Assembly (NCBI RefSeq): GCF_035285525.1
Contig: NZ_JAYKGW010000124.1
Coordinates: forward strand, 1-32,000
Origin: Okeania sp.
GTDB lineage: Bacteria > Cyanobacteriota > Cyanobacteriia > Cyanobacteriales > Microcoleaceae
Direction: 5' to 3'
DNA: 32,000 nt
The stretch's first letter is position 1. The number at the start of each line of letters is the position of its first letter. A program made the translations under genes and the position numbers. Shown piece by piece: positions 17,070 to 25,435 of this stretch. The notes under the pieces are model-generated. The model made no database searches. It saw only the letters and a list, made by a program, of their open reading frames with translations, and was not told where the DNA came from.

Positions 17070-19361
17070 ATGTTTGTAGCTAACTATATCACAGAACTTA
17101 CGCAAAGCAACGGAATTTCCTCATTGCGGGAAACAGCGAAGCAATCTCAAATTTCTAAAACTCCTTCATCATGGGTAAGTCCTGATCTTAATCAAAAATC
17201 AGAAAAATCTAATTTTTTATCCCCAAATCTTGTTTTTATTGACTCACAAATTGACAATTATCAATTCTTAATTTCTGGAATTTATGCAGGAACAAATATA
17301 GTTGTTATTCCTGAAAATAAAGACGGAATAGAAGTTATTACAACTAACATAGAAAAATATACAAATTCTTGCCAAAAATTAGATGCAATTCACATATTTT
17401 CCCACGGTAGTCCTGGGAGTTTAAAATTAGGGAATATATTTCTCAATCAAGACACTATTAAACTTTACGAAAATCAGATTCAAAAATGGCAAACTGCACT
17501 AAATAAAACCGCAGATATTTTACTTTATGGTTGTAATGTTGCAGTCGGAATAGGTAAAAACTTTATCCAAAAATTACATCAACTAACTCAAGCAAATATT
17601 GCAGCTTCACTTAATCTTATAGGTGCTGCTCCTGGAAATTGGAAATTAGAATTTGCTACCGCAAAAATTACAACTCCTCAAGTATTAAAACCAGAAACAA
17701 TGGCTGGTTATCATGGTACTTTCAACAGCAATACAGTAAATTCTATAACTGGCGATCGCTCAGATAATTTACTCAAAGGTACATTAGATAACGATCTGAT
17801 TAATGGTTTAAGTGGTAACGATACTTTAAAAGGTGCTACTGGTGACGATACTCTTAACGGTGGCGGTGGCAAAGATAGAGTAAATGGAAACGTAGGTAAT
17901 GACAAACTTAATGGTAATGGAGGTGATGACAGACTTAACGGTGGTGATGGCAATGATACTGTTAACGGTGGTGATGGCAATGATTTTATCAATGGCAATG
18001 GAGGTAATGATTTCCTAACTGGTAGACAGGGTAACGACATTATTAAGGGTGGAAGTGGTAAAGATACAATTAATGGCGGTAGTGGTAAAGATATTATCAA
18101 TGGCAATAGAGGTAATGATTCTTTAATTGGGGGACGGGGTGATGATTTCCTAATTGGTGGTAAAGGAAATGATATTCTTAAAGGTGGGAGTGGTCGAGAT
18201 GTTCTCAATGGCGAACAGGGAACAGATACTTTAATAGGTGGTAGTAGTAGCGATCGCTTTGTCTTTGATATTGGCAGTCAATTTAACCTGACTGATATGG
18301 GTTCCGATATTATTACAGATTTCAATAATGCTGAATTAGACAAAATAGTTTTAGATAAAGATACCTTTATCAGTTTGAGTAGTGCTGTTGGGGATGGTTT
18401 CAGTGTTGCAGAAGAATTTGCTGTGGTTGACAGTAATGCAGCAGCAGCGACTAGCAGCGCGAAGATAGTTTATAATGCTGCTAATGGTCAACTTTTCTAT
18501 AACTCTGATGGTACAACTGATGGTTTCGGTGATGGTGGTTTGTTTGCAACTTTAGAAAATCAAGCAAACTTACAAGCTGAAGATTTTGTATTAACATCTA
18601 ATTCTACACCAACACCTGCACCAACTCCAACTCCCGATCCCGATCCTACACCTACACCAACACCTGCACCAACTCCCGGTCCAGAACCTATCCCTGCTGA
18701 CATTACCAGTGAGGTTATTAAATTTACTCCCTCAAATACTGAAGCAGAAATAGCAGCTCAGGGAGGACCCAGTATTGAAATTGGCACTCAAACTATTTAT
18801 ATTGGTACTTGGCAAAAGTCGAGTAATAATCAAGACCCCATTATTGCTAGCTTCGACGACACTAACCCTGATAATAACTGGTTAAGAACAGATTATGAAA
18901 CCACAGGAGCAGATGGTCGTGGTCAAGGTTTATTTTGGGATGGAGACGACTTATATGTAGTTTTTACTACCGATGGCACTCAAGGAGATGCAAGTGAAGA
19001 TTTTCGGCGTGCTGCCAGTGATGCTACCCAGTCTTGGTTACGCAGTTATGGTCAAGGTGGTGGTCGCAAAGTAAGTGTTGTTGCTAGGATAGATGAAGTA
19101 ACAGGAGAAATGACAGATGCTGCATTTTTCTCAGCACTATTGAGCAGTGGTGATAGTAATACTTTGACTGTTACCGATTTATATATTAATTCTGGTAATA
19201 ATTTAGTTGTGGAAGCTAGTTCTTTCTTTTCGCCACGGAACCCTGATGGTAGTCGGATGACTCAAGTAGATACAAACTTAGGTTCACCCTTTGATTATAC
19301 ATTGGAAATAACTCAGAGCTTAGATGAGGTAATTAGCACCGCTGCTGTTGGTTGGGAATAA
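17070..19361 (+). CDS. DUF4347 domain / RTX (hemolysin-type Ca-binding repeat) protein with Pro/Thr linker and an unrecognised C-terminal domain
   Basis: 763 aa with an AGGAGA Shine-Dalgarno 8 nt upstream of the ATG. The DUF4347-like block runs LVFIDSQIDNYQ...IHIFSHGSPGSLKLG...ILLYGCNVA...GNWKLEF. About 18 nonapeptide GGxGxDxL/I repeats span nt ~17760-18270. The PT linker is nt ~18606-18695. The C-terminal ~215 aa show no motif I recognise. Codons ~9-38 are encoded by a MITE. Confidence 0.85.
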   Translation: MFVANYITELTQSNGISSLRETAKQSQISKTPSSWVSPDLNQKSEKSNFLSPNLVFIDSQIDNYQFLISGIYAGTNIVVIPENKDGIEVITTNIEKYTNSCQKLDAIHIFSHGSPGSLKLGNIFLNQDTIKLYENQIQKWQTALNKTADILLYGCNVAVGIGKNFIQKLHQLTQANIAASLNLIGAAPGNWKLEFATAKITTPQVLKPETMAGYHGTFNSNTVNSITGDRSDNLLKGTLDNDLINGLSGNDTLKGATGDDTLNGGGGKDRVNGNVGNDKLNGNGGDDRLNGGDGNDTVNGGDGNDFINGNGGNDFLTGRQGNDIIKGGSGKDTINGGSGKDIINGNRGNDSLIGGRGDDFLIGGKGNDILKGGSGRDVLNGEQGTDTLIGGSSSDRFVFDIGSQFNLTDMGSDIITDFNNAELDKIVLDKDTFISLSSAVGDGFSVAEEFAVVDSNAAAATSSAKIVYNAANGQLFYNSDGTTDGFGDGGLFATLENQANLQAEDFVLTSNSTPTPAPTPTPDPDPTPTPTPAPTPGPEPIPADITSEVIKFTPSNTEAEIAAQGGPSIEIGTQTIYIGTWQKSSNNQDPIIASFDDTNPDNNWLRTDYETTGADGRGQGLFWDGDDLYVVFTTDGTQGDASEDFRRAASDATQSWLRSYGQGGGRKVSVVARIDEVTGEMTDAAFFSALLSSGDSNTLTVTDLYINSGNNLVVEASSFFSPRNPDGSRMTQVDTNLGSPFDYTLEITQSLDEVISTAAVGWE
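17093..17183. mobile_element. Short MITE-like element, family B (AGGACTTACGCA ... TGGGTAAGTCCT ends), embedded in frame in the 5' end of the DUF4347-RTX CDS
   Basis: AGAACTTACGCAAAGCAAC...GCAATCTCAAATTTCTAAAACTCCTTCATCATGGGTAAGTCCT aligns end to end with the termini of the 170-172 bp copies at 19365-19534 and 30786-30957. Only the GC-rich middle is missing. Confidence 0.65.
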
Positions 19362-19364
19362 TAC

Positions 19365-19534
19365 AGGACTTAGGCAAAGCAACACAATTTTGTCATGGCG
19401 CGACTCCCAGCGCAAGCGACAGCGTTTTGCGCTTCGCATTAACGCGCGTTAACGCTCCGCGACATGGAAAGCGCAGCATGACCTCAGGAAAGCAATCTCA
19501 AATCACCAAAACTCGTCGATTATGCGTAAGTCCT
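19365..19534. mobile_element. MITE-like element, family B (full length, about 170 bp)
   Basis: AGGACTTAGGCAAAGCAAC at the left and ATGCGTAAGTCCT at the right form inverted termini. The GC-rich core carries CGCTCCGCGACATGGAA sub-repeats. It starts 4 nt after the stop of the RTX gene and is near-collinear with 30786-30957. Confidence 0.7.
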
Positions 19535-19731
19535 GTTTATATAAGAAGAGGTAATTATTAATTATCAATTGTTAATTATTAATTATTGAAAGTATCTTCC
19601 CGATTAACTTTGCTGCTAAAAACTAGGTTTCTCATACAGTAAATAAATCTAGTTTTTTGCAGCATTTTAACTAATTTAGATTAGTTATACTTGGAGATTT
19701 ACAGATAATAGCTATCCTCTACTCCAGGAAT

Positions 19732-20175
19732 CTACTCTTCCTCATTATTTTGATCTTCCATTCCATTTTCAACGTTAATTTGCCTCAGATGAATATGTTT
19801 ATGTCCTAAGTGGATGACAAATTCATCTCCTGGTTTTAGTCCCATTTCATCTGTATAGTTAGCTCCTATTACTAACTGTCCATTTTTATGAACACAAGCA
19901 CGATAAGTTGGCGCACGTCCTCTTCCATCCTTAGTATCTCTTTCATATAATTTCACCCCTTTTGCCTGTAAAATTGCATCGTAGAATTTGCCAAGATTTA
20001 CTCGTTTCTGCTGATCTTTTGTAGTTGTATAATACCCGCAAGCAATAGCAGTATCTTTCTTCGACTTATGGGAAAGTTCTTTAACTCTTTTCAACAATGC
20101 CTTACCTGTCAGTGGAGTCTCTAATAGTTCTGAAACATTTGATTTTTCTGTTGTTGTTTTTGCCATTTTCTCCAT
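19732..20175 (-). CDS. Cyanobacterial AbrB-like transcriptional regulator (cyAbrB; CalA/Sll0822 family)
   Basis: 147 aa. PLTGKALLKRVKELSH ... GYYTTTK ... VNLGKFYDAILQAKG ... DGRGRAPTYRACVHKNGQLVIGANYTDEMGLKPGDEFVIHLGHKHIHLRQ matches the cyAbrB pattern as I remember it: N-terminal domain plus C-terminal AbrB/SpoVT swapped hairpin. The second ATG at 20166 has a GGAG Shine-Dalgarno and may be the true start. Confidence 0.88.
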   Translation of the reverse strand: MEKMAKTTTEKSNVSELLETPLTGKALLKRVKELSHKSKKDTAIACGYYTTTKDQQKRVNLGKFYDAILQAKGVKLYERDTKDGRGRAPTYRACVHKNGQLVIGANYTDEMGLKPGDEFVIHLGHKHIHLRQINVENGMEDQNNEEE

Positions 20176-20266
20176 CTAAGTTAAAATATTCATTCATAAA
20201 ACTCTAACACTTATACCATCTAATATCAAGTCTATTTAATCTTTTATTTTAATATTTTATCTAATC

Positions 20267-20450
20267 AGCATTCAGCCATCAGCTATAAGCTATAAGATAG
20301 CTATTGCATTTAGTTTTATTCATAAAAGCTTTATTATTCAGAAATTTTATTTTACTACAAAAACCAGTTTTCAAGTCCATATTCATTGTCAACCTCCTCC
20401 TTAAGGTTGAGGTTTTGCTGAAAGCTGACTCCTAATAGCTGAATGCTTAC
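20267..20450. mobile_element. MITE-like element, family C, between cyAbrB and the DUF2786 gene
   Basis: AGCATTCAGCCATCAGCTATAAGC at the left and GCTGACTCCTAATAGCTGAATGCTTAC at the right are inverted. About 185 bp. Confidence 0.55.
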
Positions 20451-20479
20451 AAAAAAGCCAATGTGCTAATTATTACACC

Positions 20480-21202
20480 TTACTGAATAGTTAACTGTTT
20501 AATGAATTTATCTTTATGTAAATCTTGATTCAAATAATTTAAACTAATTTTTTCTCCAGCAATATATCCAAAGGAAAAACCTAAATCACTATTCACTACA
20601 GTTGATTTCTGAGTTTTACATTTTACACCTTCTTGTTTTAAATATGCTTGAATAGCTAAATTATGTTTTTCAAACATTGAGCGGACAACTATCGCAGATG
20701 TTGAATTATCATTATTACCATCACCAAGAATACCTTTAGTTTCCATATTTTTTCGTCGTTCCTCTAATCTCTGTCTTAATCTAGTGGCACATCCCACCCG
20801 AAAAGCATTAATAAAAGCTCTTCCTTTACCTTTATGTTGTTTAACTAATTTATTAACTACAGTAGTTAAATATTCATAAACTGACCGAGAAACTGTGATA
20901 TTAGTTTCTGTCCCTACTAATCTCATTTCACCAGTTTTAGTAGAACGCATTGCTTGACATCCATTAGCACGAGCAATTCCTGCTAAAATCCACATTTTCC
21001 AGGTTACATAACGACCTGTTTTATCAACAATACCTTTAGTAATATCTTCATCTTTATCTTCTCCTAAGTCTACTACAGATAAATTATATCTGGCTAATAA
21101 TTCTGCTGCTTTTTCTGCTGCTAATGCAGCTTCATGTTCATTAGGCGAATTAGCAAGAGCTAAGAGTTTACTAATTTTTTCTAAAAGATTACTATCGACC
21201 AT
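20480..21202 (-). CDS. DUF2786 domain-containing protein (with DUF7168-like C-terminal half)
   Basis: 240 aa. The N-terminal KISKLLALANSPNEHEAALAAEKAAELLARYNLS is the hallmark DUF2786 helix pair. The middle region W....LAGIARANGC ... FRVGCATRLRQRL and the tail ...GYIAGEKISLN resemble full-length family members common in phages and plasmids. Confidence 0.72.
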   Translation of the reverse strand: MVDSNLLEKISKLLALANSPNEHEAALAAEKAAELLARYNLSVVDLGEDKDEDITKGIVDKTGRYVTWKMWILAGIARANGCQAMRSTKTGEMRLVGTETNITVSRSVYEYLTTVVNKLVKQHKGKGRAFINAFRVGCATRLRQRLEERRKNMETKGILGDGNNDNSTSAIVVRSMFEKHNLAIQAYLKQEGVKCKTQKSTVVNSDLGFSFGYIAGEKISLNYLNQDLHKDKFIKQLTIQ

Positions 21203-21586
21203 TGATTTAACTTGAAAATAGGGCTTACTGAATAATGGATAATGGATAATTGATAATTATCTCTGTTTAAAACCTATGCTTTATCAACATCTTTACTTAA
21301 CATAAAACTTGACAAAAGAGAGAAGTTATGTATTTATCATCGAATGGGGATTCTGGGAGAGTAAACATATTTAATTAGAGACTTTTCTCCCTCCATCTCC
21401 CCACCTCCCTACCCCCCATCTACAAGATTTTAGGAGTTCTTGATCAGGGATTAGGTTGAAAACCGAGAAGATTGAACCAAGTGCCCAAATCTTAGTTAAA
21501 AGTCTGGATAAAAGCTCATAAATTAACCTTAGCACTATTGAGCCATATCTACATTTTTTGCCATATAATTGTTTTATCGGTAGATA

Positions 21587-21731
21587 ATATCATGTCCGTT
21601 GGTATCGGAGCGTGTAAAAACTGGAGAAATATCTACCTTCTATAAGGTTTTTTTTCTTCTCTTAAAGCTTATTCCTTCTTCCTTATTCCTTACCTTCTCG
21701 TTGGCAATACCGATGCTACCGGACATGATAT
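21587..21731. mobile_element. MITE-like element with 22-bp imperfect terminal inverted repeats (single copy in this window)
   Basis: ATATCATGTCCGTTGGTATCGG matches the reverse complement of the right end, ATATCATGTCCGGTAGCATCGG, at 19 of 22 positions. The ends flank about 100 bp of T/C-rich sequence. Confidence 0.45.
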
Positions 21732-22254
21732 AACTCAAGTTCCTAGTTCTTGTACTGCACTTCTGTGATTGAAAATATTGTAAGTAGTAGTGCCAAACCA
21801 ATGTCCTAAAAACTTACATTTTTTCAAACCCTAAAAAAGTACCAGCTTTTGTGTTGAAGCGAGGGGAAAAAGTGAGAATTTTTGGGCTAACTATGGCAGA
21901 AAAATTACTCTGACTATTATGAACGACCACCTTTTCTATAACTTCCATTTGTCTTGACTCTGTAGGGACGTTTCGCTGCGCGACATGAAACGCATTTTTG
22001 TTATGCAACATCCCTACTGTCGCCAGTCTGAAATGAAAACCTCTGTCAAATAAATTCAGGTATGTAGCGTTTCCAAAGTTAATTAGGAGATTTTATCTAA
22101 CCGGGTTTGGTCTCCAAATCCCATTTTTATTTGAGTTGGAAAACTAAACCCCGACAACTTTTTTTTTCACAAATTATTTAGGATTACTATAGCTGATAAG
22201 TTAATACTAAAAGCTGATAGTTTAGTTAAACTTAAATAGGACTTACACGGGAGG

Positions 22255-22313
22255 AACCCGGTTTCTACGACCAATGTTGTTTTAAACTGTAAACGTCTAT
22301 GAGAAACCGGGTT
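22255..22313. repeat. Hairpin repeat with perfect 12-bp arms AACCCGGTTTCT / AGAAACCGGGTT
   Basis: The arms at 22255-22266 and 22302-22313 are separated by 35 nt. The distal arm is itself palindromic (AGAAACC-G-GGTTTCT). It is flanked by about 45-bp direct repeats (GCTGATAAGTTAATACTAAAAGCTGATAG / GTTGATAACTGAATACTAAAAGCTAATAG). A related hairpin lies at about 13387-13458. Confidence 0.6.
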
Positions 22314-22370
22314 TCTGGGTTGATAACTGAATACTAAAAGCTAATAGCTACTTAAACTTTAAACTTATAC

Positions 22371-23315
22371 CTAATCAGCATTTTTTCTATACCAATCAAT
22401 TGTATTCTTCAACCCTTGTTTAAAATCTACCTCAGCAACAAAGCCAAACTTTTCCTTAGCTTTTTCTGTATCTAAACATCTTCTTGGTTGACCATTAGGT
22501 TTATCAGTTTCCCAAACTAACTCTCCCTCAAAGTCCATTAACTCACAAATTAACTCTACTAAATCACGAATTTTTACTTCATAATTAGTTCCTAAATTAA
22601 TAGGATAGGACTCATTATAAAATTGAGTTGCCATAACAATAGCCCTAGCAGCATCTGTAGAATATAAAAATTCACGACTTGGACTACCATCACCCCAAAC
22701 CGGAAATTTTTTATCCCCTCTTTGTTGAGCTTCATATACTTTCCTAATTAAAGCAGGAATTACATGAGAACTTTTAGGGTCAAAATTATCTTCTGGTCCA
22801 TACAAATTTACAGGTAAAAGATAAATACCATTAAAATTATACTGTTGACGATAAGCATCTAATTGAACTAAAAGAGCTTTTTTAGCAATACCATAGGGAG
22901 CATTAGTTTCTTCTGGATAACCATTCCAAAGATCTTCTTCTTTAAAAGGAACCGGAGTAAATTTTGGATAAGCACATATGGAACCTACACAGACAAATTT
23001 TTCTACATTTGCTCTATAAGCACAATCAATTAATTGTGTCCCCATCATCAAATTATCGTAAAATAATTCAGCAGGTTTTTCCTTATTTAAACCAATACCT
23101 CCGACATGAGCAGCAAGGTGAATTATAATATCTTGTCCTTCAACAGCTCTTTGACAAGCTTCCAAAGTTCTAAGGTCATAATCACGGGATCTAGGTATAG
23201 AAATTTTATCAGGATTAGCTCCTGCTTTCTGAAGTTGGTCTACAACTTGACGTCCCAGAAAACCAGCTCCACCTGTTACCACAATATTCTTGTTTTCTAA
23301 CTCTAATTTACTCAT
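22371..23315 (-). CDS. fcl: GDP-L-fucose synthase (GDP-4-keto-6-deoxy-D-mannose 3,5-epimerase/4-reductase)
   Basis: 314 aa. SDR fold with VTGGAGFLG and catalytic YGIAKK (Y-x3-K). The length and the YPKF.PVPF.E..L and PVNLYGP motifs fit Fcl/WcaG. It lies next to gmd. Confidence 0.9.
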   Translation of the reverse strand: MSKLELENKNIVVTGGAGFLGRQVVDQLQKAGANPDKISIPRSRDYDLRTLEACQRAVEGQDIIIHLAAHVGGIGLNKEKPAELFYDNLMMGTQLIDCAYRANVEKFVCVGSICAYPKFTPVPFKEEDLWNGYPEETNAPYGIAKKALLVQLDAYRQQYNFNGIYLLPVNLYGPEDNFDPKSSHVIPALIRKVYEAQQRGDKKFPVWGDGSPSREFLYSTDAARAIVMATQFYNESYPINLGTNYEVKIRDLVELICELMDFEGELVWETDKPNGQPRRCLDTEKAKEKFGFVAEVDFKQGLKNTIDWYRKNAD

Positions 23316-23417
23316 TAAAAACCTCCAAAATTAATACGAATTAGACTTTATTTCTGAGTATTGTAGTTGAAAATAAGTCTTCAGCTATAGCAATCTTAAA
23401 TAGTGTAAGATTTGATC

Positions 23418-23547
23418 GTAGGGGTTTGGTTTCCAAATCCGTTGTAGAGGTTTGGTTTCCAAATCTCTTGTAGGGGTTTGGTTTCCAAATCCGTTGTAGG
23501 GGTTTGGTTTCCAAATCTCTTGTAGAGGTTTGGTCTCCAAATCCCTT
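23418..23547. repeat. Tandem repeat, 5 x 26 bp, each unit a GGTTTGG-TTT-CCAAATC hairpin (family D core)
   Basis: Units GTAG(G/A)GGTTTGGT(T/C)TCCAAATC(C/T)(G/C/T)TT start at 23418, 23444, 23470, 23496 and 23522 and are contiguous with no spacers. The same hairpin core occurs at about 13801-13840, 22095-22115 and 31486-31530. Confidence 0.85.
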
Positions 23548-23702
23548 AAAAGTTTAATGCTTAACCTAAGATTAAATAAACCCGCCCTAATGCACAAAGT
23601 TAGGCGTTTTAGTCCAGTAGGGAGGGTTGGGCAAGAATATTTATGCTAGTAAATCAAATTAAAGTTGGTTAATGTTGATAATGCCAAAATATGATGAAAA
23701 GC

Positions 23703-23841
23703 AATATAGCAATCCTAAATAAAATGTAACAATTCAAAGATTAGAAATAAATTCTGAAAATCTAGCCCATAATTTGTTATCTATTCCCTAATTATTAAAA
23801 GGTGACAAGACGTTTGACAAAAAAAATAGGATTGCTATATT
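23703..23841. mobile_element. MITE-like element with perfect 15-bp inverted termini AATATAGCAATCCTA / TAGGATTGCTATATT
   Basis: The arms are at 23703-23717 and 23827-23841. TATAGCAATC-type ends also occur at 23388, 30768 and 31431/31565. Confidence 0.55.
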
Positions 23842-23889
23842 ATTTCCAAAAAGTTAAATTTTCCTAACTAATCAATTAGCCCAAAAATT

Positions 23890-24918
23890 CTAATCAAAAC
23901 CACTGCCAACTATAGTAGATTTCTCTAAAGCTTTAATATCAGCATCAACCATCAAATGTACTAATTCTGTAAACGTAACTGATGGTTTCCAACCTAACTT
24001 TTCTTGTGCTTTTGTACAGTCACCAATTAATAAATCAACCTCAGCAGGACGTAAATAACGGGAGTCAAACTCTACATAATCTTGCCATTTTAGATTTACA
24101 TGAGTAAAAGCTATATCTAGAAATTCCTTAATAGAATGAGTTTCATTTGTAGCAATTACATAATCATCCGCTTCCTCCTGCTGTAGCATCATCCACATAG
24201 CTCGAACATAATCCTTAGCATATCCCCAATCTCGTTTAGCGTCCAAATTACCAAGATAAAGTTTTTTCTGTTTACCTGCTACAATTCTAGCTACAGCACG
24301 AGTAATTTTACGAGTTACAAAAGTCTCACCTCGACGAGGACTTTCATGGTTAAATAATATACCATTACAAGCAAAAAGATTGTATGATTCTCGATAATTT
24401 ATGGTTTGCCAGTGAGCATAAACCTTAGCACAAGAATAAGGACTCCGGGGGTAAAAAGGAGTAGTTTCTTTTTGAGGTACTTCCTGCACTTTACCAAACA
24501 TTTCTGAGGAACCAGCTTGATAAAAACGAACTTCAATTCCAGTACGTTTTTGGTAGTCTCGAATCGCTTCGAGTAAACGTAGAGCGCCCATTCCTACCGC
24601 ATCTACTGTATATTCTGGAGAATCAAAGCTAACCTTAACATGGGACTGGGCACCTAAGTTATATATTTCTACTGGCTTAACTTCTTCAATAATTCGACGT
24701 AGGGTAGTCCCATCAGTTAAGTCTCCGTAATGGAGAAATAACTGAGCATTAGGATTATGAGGATCTTGATATATATGGTCTATTCTATTTGTATTGAAGC
24801 TGGAACTACGTCTGATAATACCATGAACCTCATAATTTTTCTCAAGCAAAAGTTCACTTAAGTATGAACCATCTTGACCAGTAATACCAGTAATTAGCGC
24901 TCGTTTCCTTTCAGTCAT
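23890..24918 (-). CDS. gmd: GDP-mannose 4,6-dehydratase
   Basis: 342 aa. [39 protein letters not shown], the catalytic SSEMFG and [10 protein letters not shown], and [18 protein letters not shown] form a canonical Gmd signature. Confidence 0.95.
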   Translation of the reverse strand: MTERKRALITGITGQDGSYLSELLLEKNYEVHGIIRRSSSFNTNRIDHIYQDPHNPNAQLFLHYGDLTDGTTLRRIIEEVKPVEIYNLGAQSHVKVSFDSPEYTVDAVGMGALRLLEAIRDYQKRTGIEVRFYQAGSSEMFGKVQEVPQKETTPFYPRSPYSCAKVYAHWQTINYRESYNLFACNGILFNHESPRRGETFVTRKITRAVARIVAGKQKKLYLGNLDAKRDWGYAKDYVRAMWMMLQQEEADDYVIATNETHSIKEFLDIAFTHVNLKWQDYVEFDSRYLRPAEVDLLIGDCTKAQEKLGWKPSVTFTELVHLMVDADIKALEKSTIVGSGFD

Positions 24919-25180
24919 TGCAGTTAATATTTACAAAGTATTGATTATGTTCTCGGCCTTCAGGACACCGATTTGCCTAACATATCGTCTTTTTACTATA
25001 ACACTTACTCTTAATCCAGGTAGTTTTGATAAATTAGCTGAATGTTTGTCAGAAAAGAGGAAACAGGAAATCAAAAAGAAGAAAAACAACTGTGCCTTAT
25101 AACTTCGGAAATTGCTAAAAGCTAGGTAATAATAAGGCTTTTAGCGAAGTTTACACTCTCAGCTCTTATTAATTTTTAAT

Positions 25181-25435
25181 TAGGGTTGGCGTATGGAAAT
25201 CTAAAAGTCTTTAAAGATAAAGCTTTTAGCATTTTTAGTCATGGAAAAAGTACCTGGTTTTCAGTTCTTCATAGTCAAAATTTTAGCATTTTAGGCAAGA
25301 TAGGGACTGAAAATAAAGGGAAGATTATTCTGTACGGACGTTGCATCCAACGTCTCTCCTATAATCTCCATTTCTTCTGGATTCTGAATTCTGATTCCTA
25401 TTCTTAACCACTCATAGTTTTGAGCGGAAGCCCTA
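25181..25435. mobile_element. MITE-like element, family A (inverted orientation)
   Basis: TAGGGTTGGCG...AAAGTCTTTAAAG at the left and ...TTTTGAGCGGAAGCCCTA at the right. Its reverse complement is collinear with the partial copy beginning at 13876 (CAGAATCCAGAA, CTTGCC(C/T)AAAAT, GGTACTTTTT blocks). It contains the GGACGTTGCATCCAACGTC palindrome. Confidence 0.6.

Noticed and set aside
17711-18208. Antisense 165-aa ORF inside the RTX region
   Set aside because: It is a mirror-frame artefact of the GGxGxD nonapeptide DNA repeats (P/L/S-rich). The sense-strand RTX reading is strongly supported.
19352-19561. ORF 19352..19561(+), and likewise 29320..29520(+), 30892..31107(+), 21814..22011(-) and 25186..25407(+)
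   Set aside because: Each is essentially the translation of a MITE copy (families B, F, A or the CGCGACATGAA sub-repeat). Similar peptide strings recur wherever the repeat recurs, regardless of context.
23418-23547. The 26-bp x5 array as a mini-CRISPR, and ORF 23385..23597(-) as a protein
   Set aside because: The units are contiguous without spacers. The 70-aa ORF (RDLETKPLQ.IWKPNPY repeats) is just the translated hairpin repeat.
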